A DNA stretch of 64,000 bases from a phage: sequence record PZ386977.1. One strand, 5' to 3'. The translations under genes were made by a program, and so were the position numbers. Below the pieces are notes generated by a model that saw only the letters and a list, made by a program, of their open reading frames with translations, made no database searches and was not told the DNA's origin. Each line of letters begins with the position of its first letter. The first letter of the stretch is position 1. Positions 23,392 through 33,184 of the stretch are shown piece after piece.

Positions 23392-24501
23392 ATGATTAGT
23401 GTAAAAGAAATAGTAGTAGATGCAAAGGATTTAAATAAAGCAATCCCAGTCTCAGAAAGTGCCGGGCAAAGCACTAAAACCGAAACAACTACTAAAACTT
23501 ATGTTGCTCAATTTCCTACAGGAAGAGCAGCCGGAAATGACTCCACAGGAGACTTCCAGGTAACAGACCTTTATAAGAATGGATTATTATTTACCGCGTA
23601 CAATATGTCTGCACGCGATTCAGGATCCCTCAGGAATTTACGTCCGGCGTATGCGGGGACTTCATCTAATGGTATCATATCAGATTTAACTGATAATGTG
23701 AAAGATGCAGTGACTAAATTCTCAAATGGATTGCTTCCTGCCGGAGCTAATAAGCCTACTATAAACAAAACTCCTGTTGCTAATATACTTTTGCCACGTT
23801 CCAAATCTGATGTTGATACAACTTCGCATCGTTTTAATGATATCGGTGATAGCCTTATTACTAAAGGTGGAGGTACTGCTACAGGTGTTTTAAGTAACAT
23901 TGCTTCTACTGCAGTCTTTGGTGCATTAGATTCTATTACTCAGGGGCTTATGGCTGATAACAACGAACAGATTTATACGACTTCTCGTAGTATGTATGGT
24001 GGTGCCGAGAACCGTACTAAAGTCTTTACATGGGATTTAACTCCACGTTCAACTGAAGACCTTATGGCTATTATAAACATTTACCAGTATTTTAACTATT
24101 TCTCATATGGCGAGACCGGTAAATCACAGTATGCCCAAGAGATTAAAAGTTATTTAGACGAATGGTATCGTTCAACGTTTATTGAGCCTATGACGCCAGA
24201 TGATGCAGTAAAAAATAAGACATTGTTTGAAAAGATTACTGCGTCATTAACAAACGTATTAGTTGTAAGCAACCCTACAATTTGGATGGTTAAAAACTTT
24301 GGTTATACATCTAAATTTGATGGATTAACTGACGTATTTGGTCCATGCCAAATACAAAGCGTACGTTTTGATAAAACTCCAAATGGACAATTTAATGGTC
24401 TTGCTGTTGCTCCTAACTTACCGTCAACATTTACGTTAGAGATAACAATGCGAGAAATTATTACATTAAACCGTTCTTCACTTTATGCGGGGACTTTCTA
24501 A
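23392..24501 (+). CDS. 48: baseplate tail-tube cap (gp48)
   Basis: 369-aa ORF, T4 position. Confidence 0.88.
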   Translation: MISVKEIVVDAKDLNKAIPVSESAGQSTKTETTTKTYVAQFPTGRAAGNDSTGDFQVTDLYKNGLLFTAYNMSARDSGSLRNLRPAYAGTSSNGIISDLTDNVKDAVTKFSNGLLPAGANKPTINKTPVANILLPRSKSDVDTTSHRFNDIGDSLITKGGGTATGVLSNIASTAVFGALDSITQGLMADNNEQIYTTSRSMYGGAENRTKVFTWDLTPRSTEDLMAIINIYQYFNYFSYGETGKSQYAQEIKSYLDEWYRSTFIEPMTPDDAVKNKTLFEKITASLTNVLVVSNPTIWMVKNFGYTSKFDGLTDVFGPCQIQSVRFDKTPNGQFNGLAVAPNLPSTFTLEITMREIITLNRSSLYAGTF

Positions 24502-25463
24502 TGTACTCTTTAGAAGAATTTAATAACCAAGCTATAAATGCAGATTTCCAACGAAACAATATGTTTAGTTGTGTATTTGCTACCACACCATCAACCAAAT
24601 CGTCTTCACTAATTTCGTCAATTGGTAGTTTTACTTATAATAACTTAGGGTTGGATTCCGATTGGCTAGGATTGTCTCAAGGTGATATCAATCAGGGCAT
24701 AACAACCCTGACTACAGCAGGAACACAGAAATTAATTCGAAAATCAGGTACAAATAAATATCTGATTGGAGCAATGAGCCAACGTACGGTACAAAGCTTG
24801 TTAGGTGAGTTCACGGTAGGAACTTATCTGATAGATTTCTTCAATATGGCATATAATAATACAGGTTTAATGATTTATTCTGTAAAAATGCCTGAGAACC
24901 GATTATCGTATGAAACAGATTTCAACTATAACTCACCGAACGTCCGAATTACCGGTCGTGAAATGGACCCGTTAGTAATAAGCTTTAGAATGGATTCCGA
25001 AGCATCTAACTTTAGAGCAATGCAAGACTGGGTAAACTCAGTCCAAGACCCTGTAACAGGTCTTCGTGCTTTACCACAAGACGTCGAAGCAGATATTCAG
25101 GTTAATTTACATGCACGAAATGGTTTACCACATACAGTTACCATGTTCACTGGATGTATTCCTGTTAGTGTCTCTTCTCCTGAGTTAACATATGATGGTG
25201 ATAATCAGATAACAGTTTTTGACGTAACATTTGCTTATCGCGTTATGCAATCAGGTGCTGTAAATAGACAGGCCGCTTTAGAATGGCTGGAATCAGGACT
25301 TATTAGTAGTGTTTCAGGAATGTTTGGAAATAATCAGAATGATTCTGGGCTAGGAAGTGCAGTATCAAGACTTTCTAGATTAGGTGGGACCGCTGGAGGT
25401 GTGTCTAATATAAACACAATGACAGGTATGGTGAATTCTACATCAAGAGTTTTAGGACTATAA
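24501..25463 (+). CDS. 54: baseplate tail-tube initiator (gp54)
   Basis: 320-aa ORF coupled to gp48 stop. Confidence 0.88.
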   Translation: MYSLEEFNNQAINADFQRNNMFSCVFATTPSTKSSSLISSIGSFTYNNLGLDSDWLGLSQGDINQGITTLTTAGTQKLIRKSGTNKYLIGAMSQRTVQSLLGEFTVGTYLIDFFNMAYNNTGLMIYSVKMPENRLSYETDFNYNSPNVRITGREMDPLVISFRMDSEASNFRAMQDWVNSVQDPVTGLRALPQDVEADIQVNLHARNGLPHTVTMFTGCIPVSVSSPELTYDGDNQITVFDVTFAYRVMQSGAVNRQAALEWLESGLISSVSGMFGNNQNDSGLGSAVSRLSRLGGTAGGVSNINTMTGMVNSTSRVLGL

Positions 25464-25464
25464 G

Positions 25465-25489
25465 AAAAAGGGAGACGTTGTCTCCCTTT
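25465..25489. terminator. bidirectional terminator hairpin (GGGAGAC-GUU-GUCUCCC) between gene 54 and the alt cluster
   Basis: A-run, 7-bp GC stem, T-rich 3' flank. Confidence 0.75.
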
Positions 25490-25495
25490 AAGGGT

Positions 25496-25789
25496 TTATT
25501 TACGGAATGAAAGGAATGCTGGTGCTCGGAATGGAGTATCATCTTTAGAGTATTTAACTAATACGACCATTGGTACCTCTGTTTCTAAATGACCCGTCAC
25601 TACACCGATAAAAATTTGATCAGTGTGCTCAGGGTCACGAAAGTTTTTAAGAGGTTCCATAGCAATATGGAATGCACCTGGGAATACTCGATTCAATTCG
25701 TCAATCACGGCTTCGTTAAAAACATCATCCGCTGGGATAGCATCTTCAACTACTAGTTCTTGACCATTAAAGCGAAGCATAGATTTCAT
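25496..25789 (-). CDS. hypothetical protein (97 aa), positional counterpart of alt.-1
   Basis: start set at Met MKSMLRF with RBS GAGGAAA; the longer track ORF reads through its own promoter. Confidence 0.6.
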   Translation of the reverse strand: MKSMLRFNGQELVVEDAIPADDVFNEAVIDELNRVFPGAFHIAMEPLKNFRDPEHTDQIFIGVVTGHLETEVPMVVLVKYSKDDTPFRAPAFLSFRK

Positions 25790-25815
25790 AACGTTTTCCT
25801 CATGTTGTTGATAGG

Positions 25816-25848
25816 ATAATAGTATCACACATCCATGTGTTTGTAAAC
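25816..25848 (-). promoter_or_regulatory. T4-type early promoter (GTTTAC ... TACTATTAT)
   Basis: minus-strand -35 GTTTAC and -10 TACTATTAT, 18-nt spacing. Confidence 0.6.
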
Positions 25849-27935
25849 TATCCTTGGACAAATTTAAACGGAACTGATTCTAAATCCATTAAAGATGCTA
25901 ACAATTTCAAACCTTTAGGTGCACTAGTTTTTTCTACAAATGAAGAGAACGATACCGGCTCATCTGATTCAATTTCACCCGTCATAGCAACTACCTCGCC
26001 TGTTTCCATGAGAACATCGCCATCGTAAATGACAGCTTCGTCCAACTGGTCCGAGGACATGACTTCAGCTTGAATAAATTTAAGGTTGGATTCTAAACCT
26101 GCACCAGTGTCAGATGACGCATCTGTAATTTTATTTATCTGTAAGAGAATGCCTCTAGGCAAAATAATTTCTTGCTCATTAGGGTGATTACTCAACTGGC
26201 CTGGATAAATCACGTTAACTTTATGAGCGCCATCAATAGCCCATCCAACATTAACACGAATTTGTTCTGGCGCATGCATAGCGGTACGCACCAGACTAGG
26301 AGAAATAGTAACACCTTCATCATTATTGTCAATGTTAAGCTCTTTGCGAACTTCTTCAGGAGCAAGTCCAAGGGCAACGTTCTCTTTAAACCCACCGAAA
26401 ATAATAGGAGCTAATGAAGTGGAAACATAGTTTCTGAAGTAGAATACCTTATTTTTAACCATTGCTTCATAAATAGGCATTCTGATAGACTGGGCTCTAT
26501 ACAACGTTAGTCCTTCAGGTAAACGGTCTCCATTTAAAAACGCCGAATCAAGACCATCAATAGCGCGTTTAACTTCATCTTCATCTGCAACATCATAAAA
26601 ATCTGGTTTATAACGGCCTAACAACATATTATTGATATCGGTATACGCGGAAGAGGCATATTCACGAATAGCTCGTTTTTCAGCAACAGAGTATTGTTGA
26701 GGGTCCCGATTCATTGTTATATTAAAGGTGCCTCTAGCCGATTCTCGTGCATAAGTATACATCACATTAGACAAGAACGCTGATTTACGTTGTTTCCAAG
26801 TTTTTTCAGATACTTCAGCTAAAACATCGTCGGCCAGTTGGAAATTATCACGTCTAAAATCTTCAAACCATTCGTCTTTAATAGAGTCCGCAATTTCGTT
26901 TGCAGCTTCAACAAAAGCAGCTAATGCTTTAACAGATGTTGTTTTTTCGGTTTTAATTTTCTTAGCAAACTTTTCTAAAGTTGGCTTAATAACACTACCA
27001 TAAGAAACTTCATCAGCAAATCTAAAGGATTCATCAATACGATTATAAATCTTATTTTCGATATCAGCAACTAAAGTGCCTTTTGCTGTGGACGATGCTT
27101 GGGCTAGTACGATTTCATATGCTTCAGGAAGTAATTCGGCTGTAGCTGGGCCACTAACTTCTTTAGCAGAATTTTCGTATTTCTGGAATAACTCACCTTC
27201 TTGGCGGTCAGCTTCTAAAGATTGACTTGCTGCAATAGCACGACGAGAAATTTTAGTACGAGCAATAACAGGCTTATCTTTACGTTTTTCTTCTACAGCA
27301 GCAATAGAACCAGCGATAGCCGTTTCTTTGGTGACCTTTTCACCGGTCTTTTTACTCACATAAACTTCGCCAACATCAGAATCTACTTTCGTGTACAACT
27401 CTGTGTTAATGTTAGGGATGCCTTTAATATCTTCAATGTTGGCATTTTTACGAACCATCATCACATAGGTGTGTTTACCTGTGAATTGATACATTGCCGA
27501 CAATACTTTAAAACGACCACCGGTTTTAGTAGAAACTAAACGAGCAAGAAGAGTTTGAAGCTGCTGTCCACGTCCTTTCAATTTCTTAGTAGGGAACCGG
27601 AACAGAACCGCATCCATACGAAGAGCTTTAACCTGTTCATATACTGTATTGAAAATAGTGTTGATTGCATCAATAGGAGCAGGACCAAGGCCATTTTTCA
27701 ATTCAGCGAGATTACCCTTTTCAGACAGACTCATAATAACAACATGAGCATATTTGTCGCCAAGTTTAACTTGTTTTACAGCATCGCCTTCAGAAAGGTA
27801 AGAGAATAAGCGAACTACGATGTTTGTATCGATATCACCAATTTTCCAGACTTGTGGAACTTTAGCTTTAGGGTTCAAATTGACGACAGGAAGACTGCCT
27901 TCAGATTCAAACACTTCATTTAATTGTTCAGACAT
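25848..27935 (-). CDS. alt: Alt, NAD-dependent ADP-ribosyltransferase (virion-packaged)
   Basis: 695-aa ORF; R-S-E ART triad elements (YRAQS..R, STS, EQEIILPRG) in the C-terminal half. Confidence 0.88.
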   Translation of the reverse strand: MSEQLNEVFESEGSLPVVNLNPKAKVPQVWKIGDIDTNIVVRLFSYLSEGDAVKQVKLGDKYAHVVIMSLSEKGNLAELKNGLGPAPIDAINTIFNTVYEQVKALRMDAVLFRFPTKKLKGRGQQLQTLLARLVSTKTGGRFKVLSAMYQFTGKHTYVMMVRKNANIEDIKGIPNINTELYTKVDSDVGEVYVSKKTGEKVTKETAIAGSIAAVEEKRKDKPVIARTKISRRAIAASQSLEADRQEGELFQKYENSAKEVSGPATAELLPEAYEIVLAQASSTAKGTLVADIENKIYNRIDESFRFADEVSYGSVIKPTLEKFAKKIKTEKTTSVKALAAFVEAANEIADSIKDEWFEDFRRDNFQLADDVLAEVSEKTWKQRKSAFLSNVMYTYARESARGTFNITMNRDPQQYSVAEKRAIREYASSAYTDINNMLLGRYKPDFYDVADEDEVKRAIDGLDSAFLNGDRLPEGLTLYRAQSIRMPIYEAMVKNKVFYFRNYVSTSLAPIIFGGFKENVALGLAPEEVRKELNIDNNDEGVTISPSLVRTAMHAPEQIRVNVGWAIDGAHKVNVIYPGQLSNHPNEQEIILPRGILLQINKITDASSDTGAGLESNLKFIQAEVMSSDQLDEAVIYDGDVLMETGEVVAMTGEIESDEPVSFSSFVEKTSAPKGLKLLASLMDLESVPFKFVQG

Positions 27936-27970
27936 AGTGTTTTCCTTTTAGTAATAATTTATATTTATGC

Positions 27971-27990
27971 CAAAAAGAGCCCGAAGGCTC
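27971..27990 (-). terminator. intrinsic terminator (GAGCC-UUCG-GGCUC plus U5) downstream of the ligase operon
   Basis: hairpin 27977..27990 followed on the minus strand by TTTTTGG. Confidence 0.8.
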
Positions 27991-28179
27991 TTAATCCACA
28001 ATCGGGAGCAAAGTACGATAAACTTCAAAATTAGGGCCTTTTTCGTACCCATTAACGTTATCTACGAAAACCCGATACGAATTTTCATTAGGAAAATCTA
28101 ATATAATCTGAGAGCAAGAGGTGGAAACATCTCCACCATCCTTCTTAGCGACAACTACTGTTTCTAAATAAGCTTTCAT
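27991..28179 (-). CDS. hypothetical protein (62 aa) translationally coupled to DNA ligase
   Basis: ATG overlaps ligase TAA (TAATG); track ORF starts at an upstream GTG. Confidence 0.55.
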   Translation of the reverse strand: MKAYLETVVVAKKDGGDVSTSCSQIILDFPNENSYRVFVDNVNGYEKGPNFEVYRTLLPIVD

Positions 28180-29672
28180 TATAAACCTGTCTGGGACCAC
28201 GGTCCAAATACGTCTTCAAACGAATCCGCTTCTGTTTTATCAAAACGGAACCCTTTAATAATCGGAAGGAAAATACCTACAGTACCTTCACGGCCTTTAG
28301 AATGAACCCAACCATTACATTCACAATCAGCGATACGTCCAATTAATTTACCTTCACGAGCTTCGGCCATTAATCGTTCACGGTCTAAATCATGACGCTC
28401 GTCTAAAGGAATAAGAACCTTTACACCGTCAACTGTTTTATGAGTTGTATCTTTAAAACCTGAACCACAATCGGTTGTAATACGACGACAACGTGATACG
28501 AGTTCGACACCACCTAATTTGTTAGGATCTTTAGAGTGTTCATAGTATCCTACAACTTCTAAAGCGATATCAATAACTTCTTTAAATTTAATTAGATTCT
28601 TAGAGCGTTTGTTTTCCCAATATGAATCACGGTTTTTAAGGATAATACCTTCAAGACCTTGGTCAACATATTTTTTATAAACCACTTTAGCTTCGTCAAG
28701 ATTACGAACTAACTGATTTTCAATTGGTTCAATTCGCTTAAAGCCTTCAGCCATATTTTCAAGAGCAGTAAAACGAACATCGTATTTCTGACCTTTAATT
28801 TTGCCATCAGAATAGACTTCATCTAAAGGAACATAGTCCCAGGCTTGAAGAACCATACCTTCCGCTTCTTTAGGAGAAATAGTCCCTTGAAGAGATTTAT
28901 TTGCTAAACCATTTGAAGTGCTACGGTCTGCAACTTGTACTTCTTCGGATTCTTCATTATCACCAAATAAGAACGACAGGTCATTTCCTGAGCTCACAGC
29001 CTTTTTAATATCAAATGAATGATAAACCAATTCACCGTCGATTAAAACCCCATTAGGGTGTTTTTCACGGGCTTCTTTAGTCATTTCCATTAGTTCATCT
29101 GCTAATAGGGTAAGACCATGGTATTCGTTACCGGCACGAGAAAAGAATTGAACACCATCATCGCGAACTTCAGCGAAACAACGAGCACCATCTGCTTTTA
29201 ATTGGGCAAATGCGGGCCATTTAATATTTTTAGTAATCAATTTCTCGTCATATGCAGATGCTAACATCTGTGGTTGCAATTGAATAAGCCCAGGCCACAC
29301 CTTATTCGCGATAGACACTGAAGCACCTACTTCAAGGTCGCGCATCATTACACGACGAAGGACTTCTACATCATCAGGTTTACCGTCAGCGATATAACCC
29401 ATGAGCTCTTTAATTGCAGCATTACCAGTGAGTTTACGAGTGGCTAATGTGAACTCAATAAAATCCAACATGTCATCTAATTCAAGAAGACCATACGCTT
29501 GAGACCTTTCACCTGGTCCTGGCCATTTCTTAATATAATACTGAATGCCACGTGCATACGTTAAACGATATACACGTTCAAGTAATTTGTTGTCCTTATT
29601 TTTCTTAAGGATTTCTTGTTTTGTTTTAGTAGAACCGATCGCAGCTATTTGGTTTAAAATATCTAAAATCAT
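28179..29672 (-). CDS. 30: ATP-dependent DNA ligase (gp30)
   Basis: 497-aa ORF; adenylation motif KADGAR; T4 position next to alt. Confidence 0.93.
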   Translation of the reverse strand: MILDILNQIAAIGSTKTKQEILKKNKDNKLLERVYRLTYARGIQYYIKKWPGPGERSQAYGLLELDDMLDFIEFTLATRKLTGNAAIKELMGYIADGKPDDVEVLRRVMMRDLEVGASVSIANKVWPGLIQLQPQMLASAYDEKLITKNIKWPAFAQLKADGARCFAEVRDDGVQFFSRAGNEYHGLTLLADELMEMTKEAREKHPNGVLIDGELVYHSFDIKKAVSSGNDLSFLFGDNEESEEVQVADRSTSNGLANKSLQGTISPKEAEGMVLQAWDYVPLDEVYSDGKIKGQKYDVRFTALENMAEGFKRIEPIENQLVRNLDEAKVVYKKYVDQGLEGIILKNRDSYWENKRSKNLIKFKEVIDIALEVVGYYEHSKDPNKLGGVELVSRCRRITTDCGSGFKDTTHKTVDGVKVLIPLDERHDLDRERLMAEAREGKLIGRIADCECNGWVHSKGREGTVGIFLPIIKGFRFDKTEADSFEDVFGPWSQTGL

Positions 29673-29938
29673 TTGATGTCCTCGATTTTGGTTACGGTTC
29701 TATTATAAGCCACTTCATCTAGAAGCGATTTCAGCGTTTTCTGATAAGTGGTAATCCATTTGCCGAGTCCTTCAACATAATATTCTGAAATGTAGATGAA
29801 CCCTTGTTCAACACACTCTTTAAATATTTCTGCGTCTTTTACTGAACGAAACATTGGCCAGTCTCGAAAGAACATATTAACGTGACCGTAGTCACGCGTT
29901 GTGTTTTTGCCATTTGTAATATCATGAACTACAAACAT
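29669..29938 (-). CDS. hypothetical protein (89 aa), positional counterpart of 30.1
   Basis: ORF coupled to ligase start. Confidence 0.55.
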   Translation of the reverse strand: MFVVHDITNGKNTTRDYGHVNMFFRDWPMFRSVKDAEIFKECVEQGFIYISEYYVEGLGKWITTYQKTLKSLLDEVAYNRTVTKIEDIK

Positions 29939-29940
29939 AA

Positions 29941-30777
29941 TTAACCCTTAGTTGTGCCGTAACCTTGTGGAACTGCCCAATACGGAGGAACAGGATGTTC
30001 GCCTACATTAGTGTATCGCCAATGAGGCTGCATATCGGTTGGTCCTGGAGTTCGCCAAGTATACGGATTCGACGGAGCGCCAATTTGATTAGGCCATGCA
30101 CTTGGACTTGTTGCACCAGATTCTTTAAGCAAATCCGCCAATCGTTTTAAAAGGTCTTCACGATCTGAATCTGAATTATGCTCTGGCGGAACCAATCGAG
30201 ATTCAATATCATCCCACGTGTGTACACGTTGTGCAGTGCGAGGAATATCATCACGTTCACCACGAGCCAACCAATAAATCGGTACATTAAGAATTTCTGC
30301 CGCATGGTCACAGTGATGAGCTAAATCGTCAACGTAACAAATCACGTTATATTTTGTTTTAGCTAGTTCGAATAATTGTTCCTTTGAAGAATCATGACCA
30401 CACATCATTACTTCAGAGAAAGCGCCTGGGAACAAAGCATTCAAATTAAATTGTCTATTCAATCGAGCATCAATTGAATCACCTAGCGCCGTCACGGCTA
30501 CAAAATTATAGTCTTCTTTTAGTTTATTGATAACTCGAAGAGCATCTGAATAAGGCGCTAAGTAACGAATAAAATCAGAGCTATTATATTTTTCTATTAA
30601 TTGTTTACCAAGGTTATCGTCGGTATTGAACAGTTTACCAGGAGAAATAAATTTTTCGTCCTGAATCATTTTTAAAATATGTTCTAATGGAAGATTATAT
30701 TTTTGGGCAAAATAAGGAAGTCCAGATTGCCAGCTTAAACATACACCATCGATATCAGTCAAAATAGTAGGCTTCAT
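29941..30777 (-). CDS. HAD-superfamily phosphatase-like protein (278 aa) with Pro/Trp/Tyr-rich C-terminal tail
   Basis: motif I LTDIDGV, motif IV YVDDL; positional counterpart of T4 30.2. Confidence 0.65.
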   Translation of the reverse strand: MKPTILTDIDGVCLSWQSGLPYFAQKYNLPLEHILKMIQDEKFISPGKLFNTDDNLGKQLIEKYNSSDFIRYLAPYSDALRVINKLKEDYNFVAVTALGDSIDARLNRQFNLNALFPGAFSEVMMCGHDSSKEQLFELAKTKYNVICYVDDLAHHCDHAAEILNVPIYWLARGERDDIPRTAQRVHTWDDIESRLVPPEHNSDSDREDLLKRLADLLKESGATSPSAWPNQIGAPSNPYTWRTPGPTDMQPHWRYTNVGEHPVPPYWAVPQGYGTTKG

Positions 30778-31241
30778 AAAGAGTCTCTTAATAGGTTTAA
30801 CACATCAATAAATTCAGCTTCTGTTAGTATTGTATCATCTTTTGTTAGGTGGCTGGCCATGCTGTGCTTCAAAATTTTTCCTTTAGAGGCTTGTAACGCA
30901 TCACGAAACCCTTTGTTTTGGATCGCGGCTTCAAAATATGCATTTGTGTATAATTCTTTCCATGCTTCGGAGTATCTTGAAAATGGAACTCCTAACCAGA
31001 AGAGAGTCCCACGGTCCTGAGCTCTTGAATAAGACCTTCCAGCTTGCTGTGCAGCCAATCCAGACAACCCAAATATACGTCTTTGTTGTTCAACATTTTT
31101 CACCTTACATCCTTGGAGAAATCCTTCAAGACCTCCGAATTGAATACCATCCATAACAAAAGGCCATTGGGCAAAGTTACTTAATGCACATGACAGCCAC
31201 TTGAAATTACTTCTTATTTCTAATTCAGACATCTTTAACAC
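30774..31241 (-). CDS. hypothetical protein (155 aa), positional counterpart of 30.3
   Basis: ORF overlapping neighbours. Confidence 0.6.
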   Translation of the reverse strand: MLKMSELEIRSNFKWLSCALSNFAQWPFVMDGIQFGGLEGFLQGCKVKNVEQQRRIFGLSGLAAQQAGRSYSRAQDRGTLFWLGVPFSRYSEAWKELYTNAYFEAAIQNKGFRDALQASKGKILKHSMASHLTKDDTILTEAEFIDVLNLLRDSL

Positions 31242-31443
31242 TTATAATTTCAACATCAGCCCAATGACCGTATCCAGGTATACGATCTTCGATAGATAAA
31301 TTTCTGTCATTTTTAGGCATTTTAATTGACGTAACGTATGGTTCTAAACGGTTTTCTGCATAATACGGAAAAACGTCTGTTACACGATAAGTAACTTCAA
31401 TCATTTCCGTACCAAACAATTTCTGGATTAGTTTATTCAACAT
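31225..31443 (-). CDS. hypothetical protein (72 aa)
   Basis: ORF in tightly packed early cluster. Confidence 0.5.
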   Translation of the reverse strand: MLNKLIQKLFGTEMIEVTYRVTDVFPYYAENRLEPYVTSIKMPKNDRNLSIEDRIPGYGHWADVEIISVKDV

Positions 31444-31630
31444 GTTTCAACCCTTTAATAGGAGATAACTCTTTACCCATACGTATGTCAGAAGTCCCAT
31501 CAACCCATTGAACAGCATACGCTTCATTGATAATTCCAGCGGCAGTTTTAAATTCATTGAGAACTTTAAAAATCATCCCAGGGATTCCAACACCTTTTAA
31601 TTGGACTGTTTGTGCTATTAAAAATTTCAT
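31433..31630 (-). CDS. hypothetical protein (65 aa)
   Basis: ORF in tightly packed early cluster. Confidence 0.5.
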   Translation of the reverse strand: MKFLIAQTVQLKGVGIPGMIFKVLNEFKTAAGIINEAYAVQWVDGTSDIRMGKELSPIKGLKHVE

Positions 31631-31684
31631 ATTTTTCCACTTACTAAAGAAATCATTATACTCTAATCCGTCCTTGGATGTACA

Positions 31685-32299
31685 CTACTTAATGAAATTA
31701 ATTTCTACCGGATGAACAACAGGTTGAGCAGTGATATATTGAGTAATTGCTTTCATGACTAGAGCTTCAGAACCAGGATTTTTCTCAACGAATTCACGTG
31801 CTCGGTTATGAGCTTCGAGTTCACTCAATAAACCGGAACGTTGGCATCCACGGTCTTGAGTACCCTGTTCAGATAAAAGGACTACTACATATTTTTCATC
31901 GTCGTAGGGCTTAGCCAGTTGAGCAAATGTTCCTTTACTTCCAAAAGGAGAGTTATGACGCCACATCACGCCGTGAGGAGTTTCAACCTTCGTATATTCG
32001 TGCGGGCCATTTTTCTTAGTTTCTTGATGTGGAACTTCATAGACCTTAGGGTTAGGACATTCAATAAAATGCTCATCTAAATCGGTCGAGAATATTAAAG
32101 TAAAACAATTACTGAATTTACCAACACCGGCCTGATAAATTTTACCTTCAGAAGTTCTAATTTCACAAACCGAGCCGGCATCAGTAACTTCTAAAACTTC
32201 AAAAGGCTCGATAAGGTCATATGAGAACATGTTTTTAAGGCGTGGAGTAATATCCCCATTTTTAAAATTCATTTTATAAAAAGTATTAACTTTAAACAT
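31685..32299 (-). CDS. hypothetical protein (204 aa)
   Basis: start set at Met MFKVNTFYK with RBS GAGGAAA; the longer track ORF reads through the upstream hairpin. Confidence 0.6.
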   Translation of the reverse strand: MFKVNTFYKMNFKNGDITPRLKNMFSYDLIEPFEVLEVTDAGSVCEIRTSEGKIYQAGVGKFSNCFTLIFSTDLDEHFIECPNPKVYEVPHQETKKNGPHEYTKVETPHGVMWRHNSPFGSKGTFAQLAKPYDDEKYVVVLLSEQGTQDRGCQRSGLLSELEAHNRAREFVEKNPGSEALVMKAITQYITAQPVVHPVEINFIK

Positions 32300-32334
32300 A
32301 ATTTCCTCAGTGGGAGCCGAAGCTCCCAATTAAT

Positions 32335-32700
32335 TTAGATATCAAATTCGTTAAGAACTACATCAAAGATTGCTTCGAGATGTTCAGGTTTAGCTCGGTT
32401 GCTCAGGATATGACGAATCCAAGTTTTAACCAGAAGTTTACGATTATCACCATTCCAGCAAGGATGAGTACCTAAATCACGCTGACGGAAATCATCATCT
32501 AATGCAATTTTAAAATTTGAACCTTCCATCGTGATTGAAACCGTGATACCATTTTCAAATCGCATATAAACGTAATTAGGAGTCATGCACTGTTCGATTT
32601 CACAAACTGTACCGTTTTCGTGTTTCCATAAGCAAATAACTTCAGAAGAACCAGCAATACCGTTAGAAACATATTTACGTTCGAAGTTGGTGTAGTTCAT
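32335..32700 (-). CDS. hypothetical protein (121 aa), CMTP-motif paralogue A
   Basis: ORF with own early promoter; shares GCMTP/CMTP motif with next gene. Confidence 0.55.
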   Translation of the reverse strand: MNYTNFERKYVSNGIAGSSEVICLWKHENGTVCEIEQCMTPNYVYMRFENGITVSITMEGSNFKIALDDDFRQRDLGTHPCWNGDNRKLLVKTWIRHILSNRAKPEHLEAIFDVVLNEFDI

Positions 32701-32739
32701 TTTATTCTCCAGATGTTTAAGTTGTTTGTTGGTACAGGT

Positions 32740-32770
32740 CTATAATAACATAACCTGTACCAAAGTAAAC
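32740..32770 (-). promoter_or_regulatory. T4-type early promoter
   Basis: minus-strand GTTTAC -35 and TTATTATAG -10. Confidence 0.55.
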
Positions 32771-32774
32771 TGTT

Positions 32775-33143
32775 TTATGCAACTTTAATCCAATTGTCTA
32801 AATTTAAAACACCTTTGGCTTTCATTTTTTCGATCAGGTTATCTGCTGTAATGCGTCCATTTTGATACCATGTAACATCTTCAGAGTAACCAGTTTCTTC
32901 GTCAACATATGTTTCTGAACGAATTTTACCGGTAATAATAGTTTTTAATTCATATGTGTCACCTGTGAAAAAGTTTGCTAACACAATTTTCCAAGAGAAA
33001 TCATCAGAAGGACCTTCAGGGGTCATACAACCTACGAACTCAAATTGCTCTTTGTATAACATCCACTGGAATTCTTTAATTTCGATAGCTTTATAACCGT
33101 CATGGTCTTTACATTTGATGTATGAGTTCAGATTGATTTTCAT
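32775..33143 (-). CDS. hypothetical protein (122 aa), CMTP-motif paralogue B
   Basis: ORF with own early promoter. Confidence 0.55.
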   Translation of the reverse strand: MKINLNSYIKCKDHDGYKAIEIKEFQWMLYKEQFEFVGCMTPEGPSDDFSWKIVLANFFTGDTYELKTIITGKIRSETYVDEETGYSEDVTWYQNGRITADNLIEKMKAKGVLNLDNWIKVA

Positions 33144-33184
33144 TTTGTTCTCCAGGTTGTTTTATTGATTAGGTGGTACAAGTC

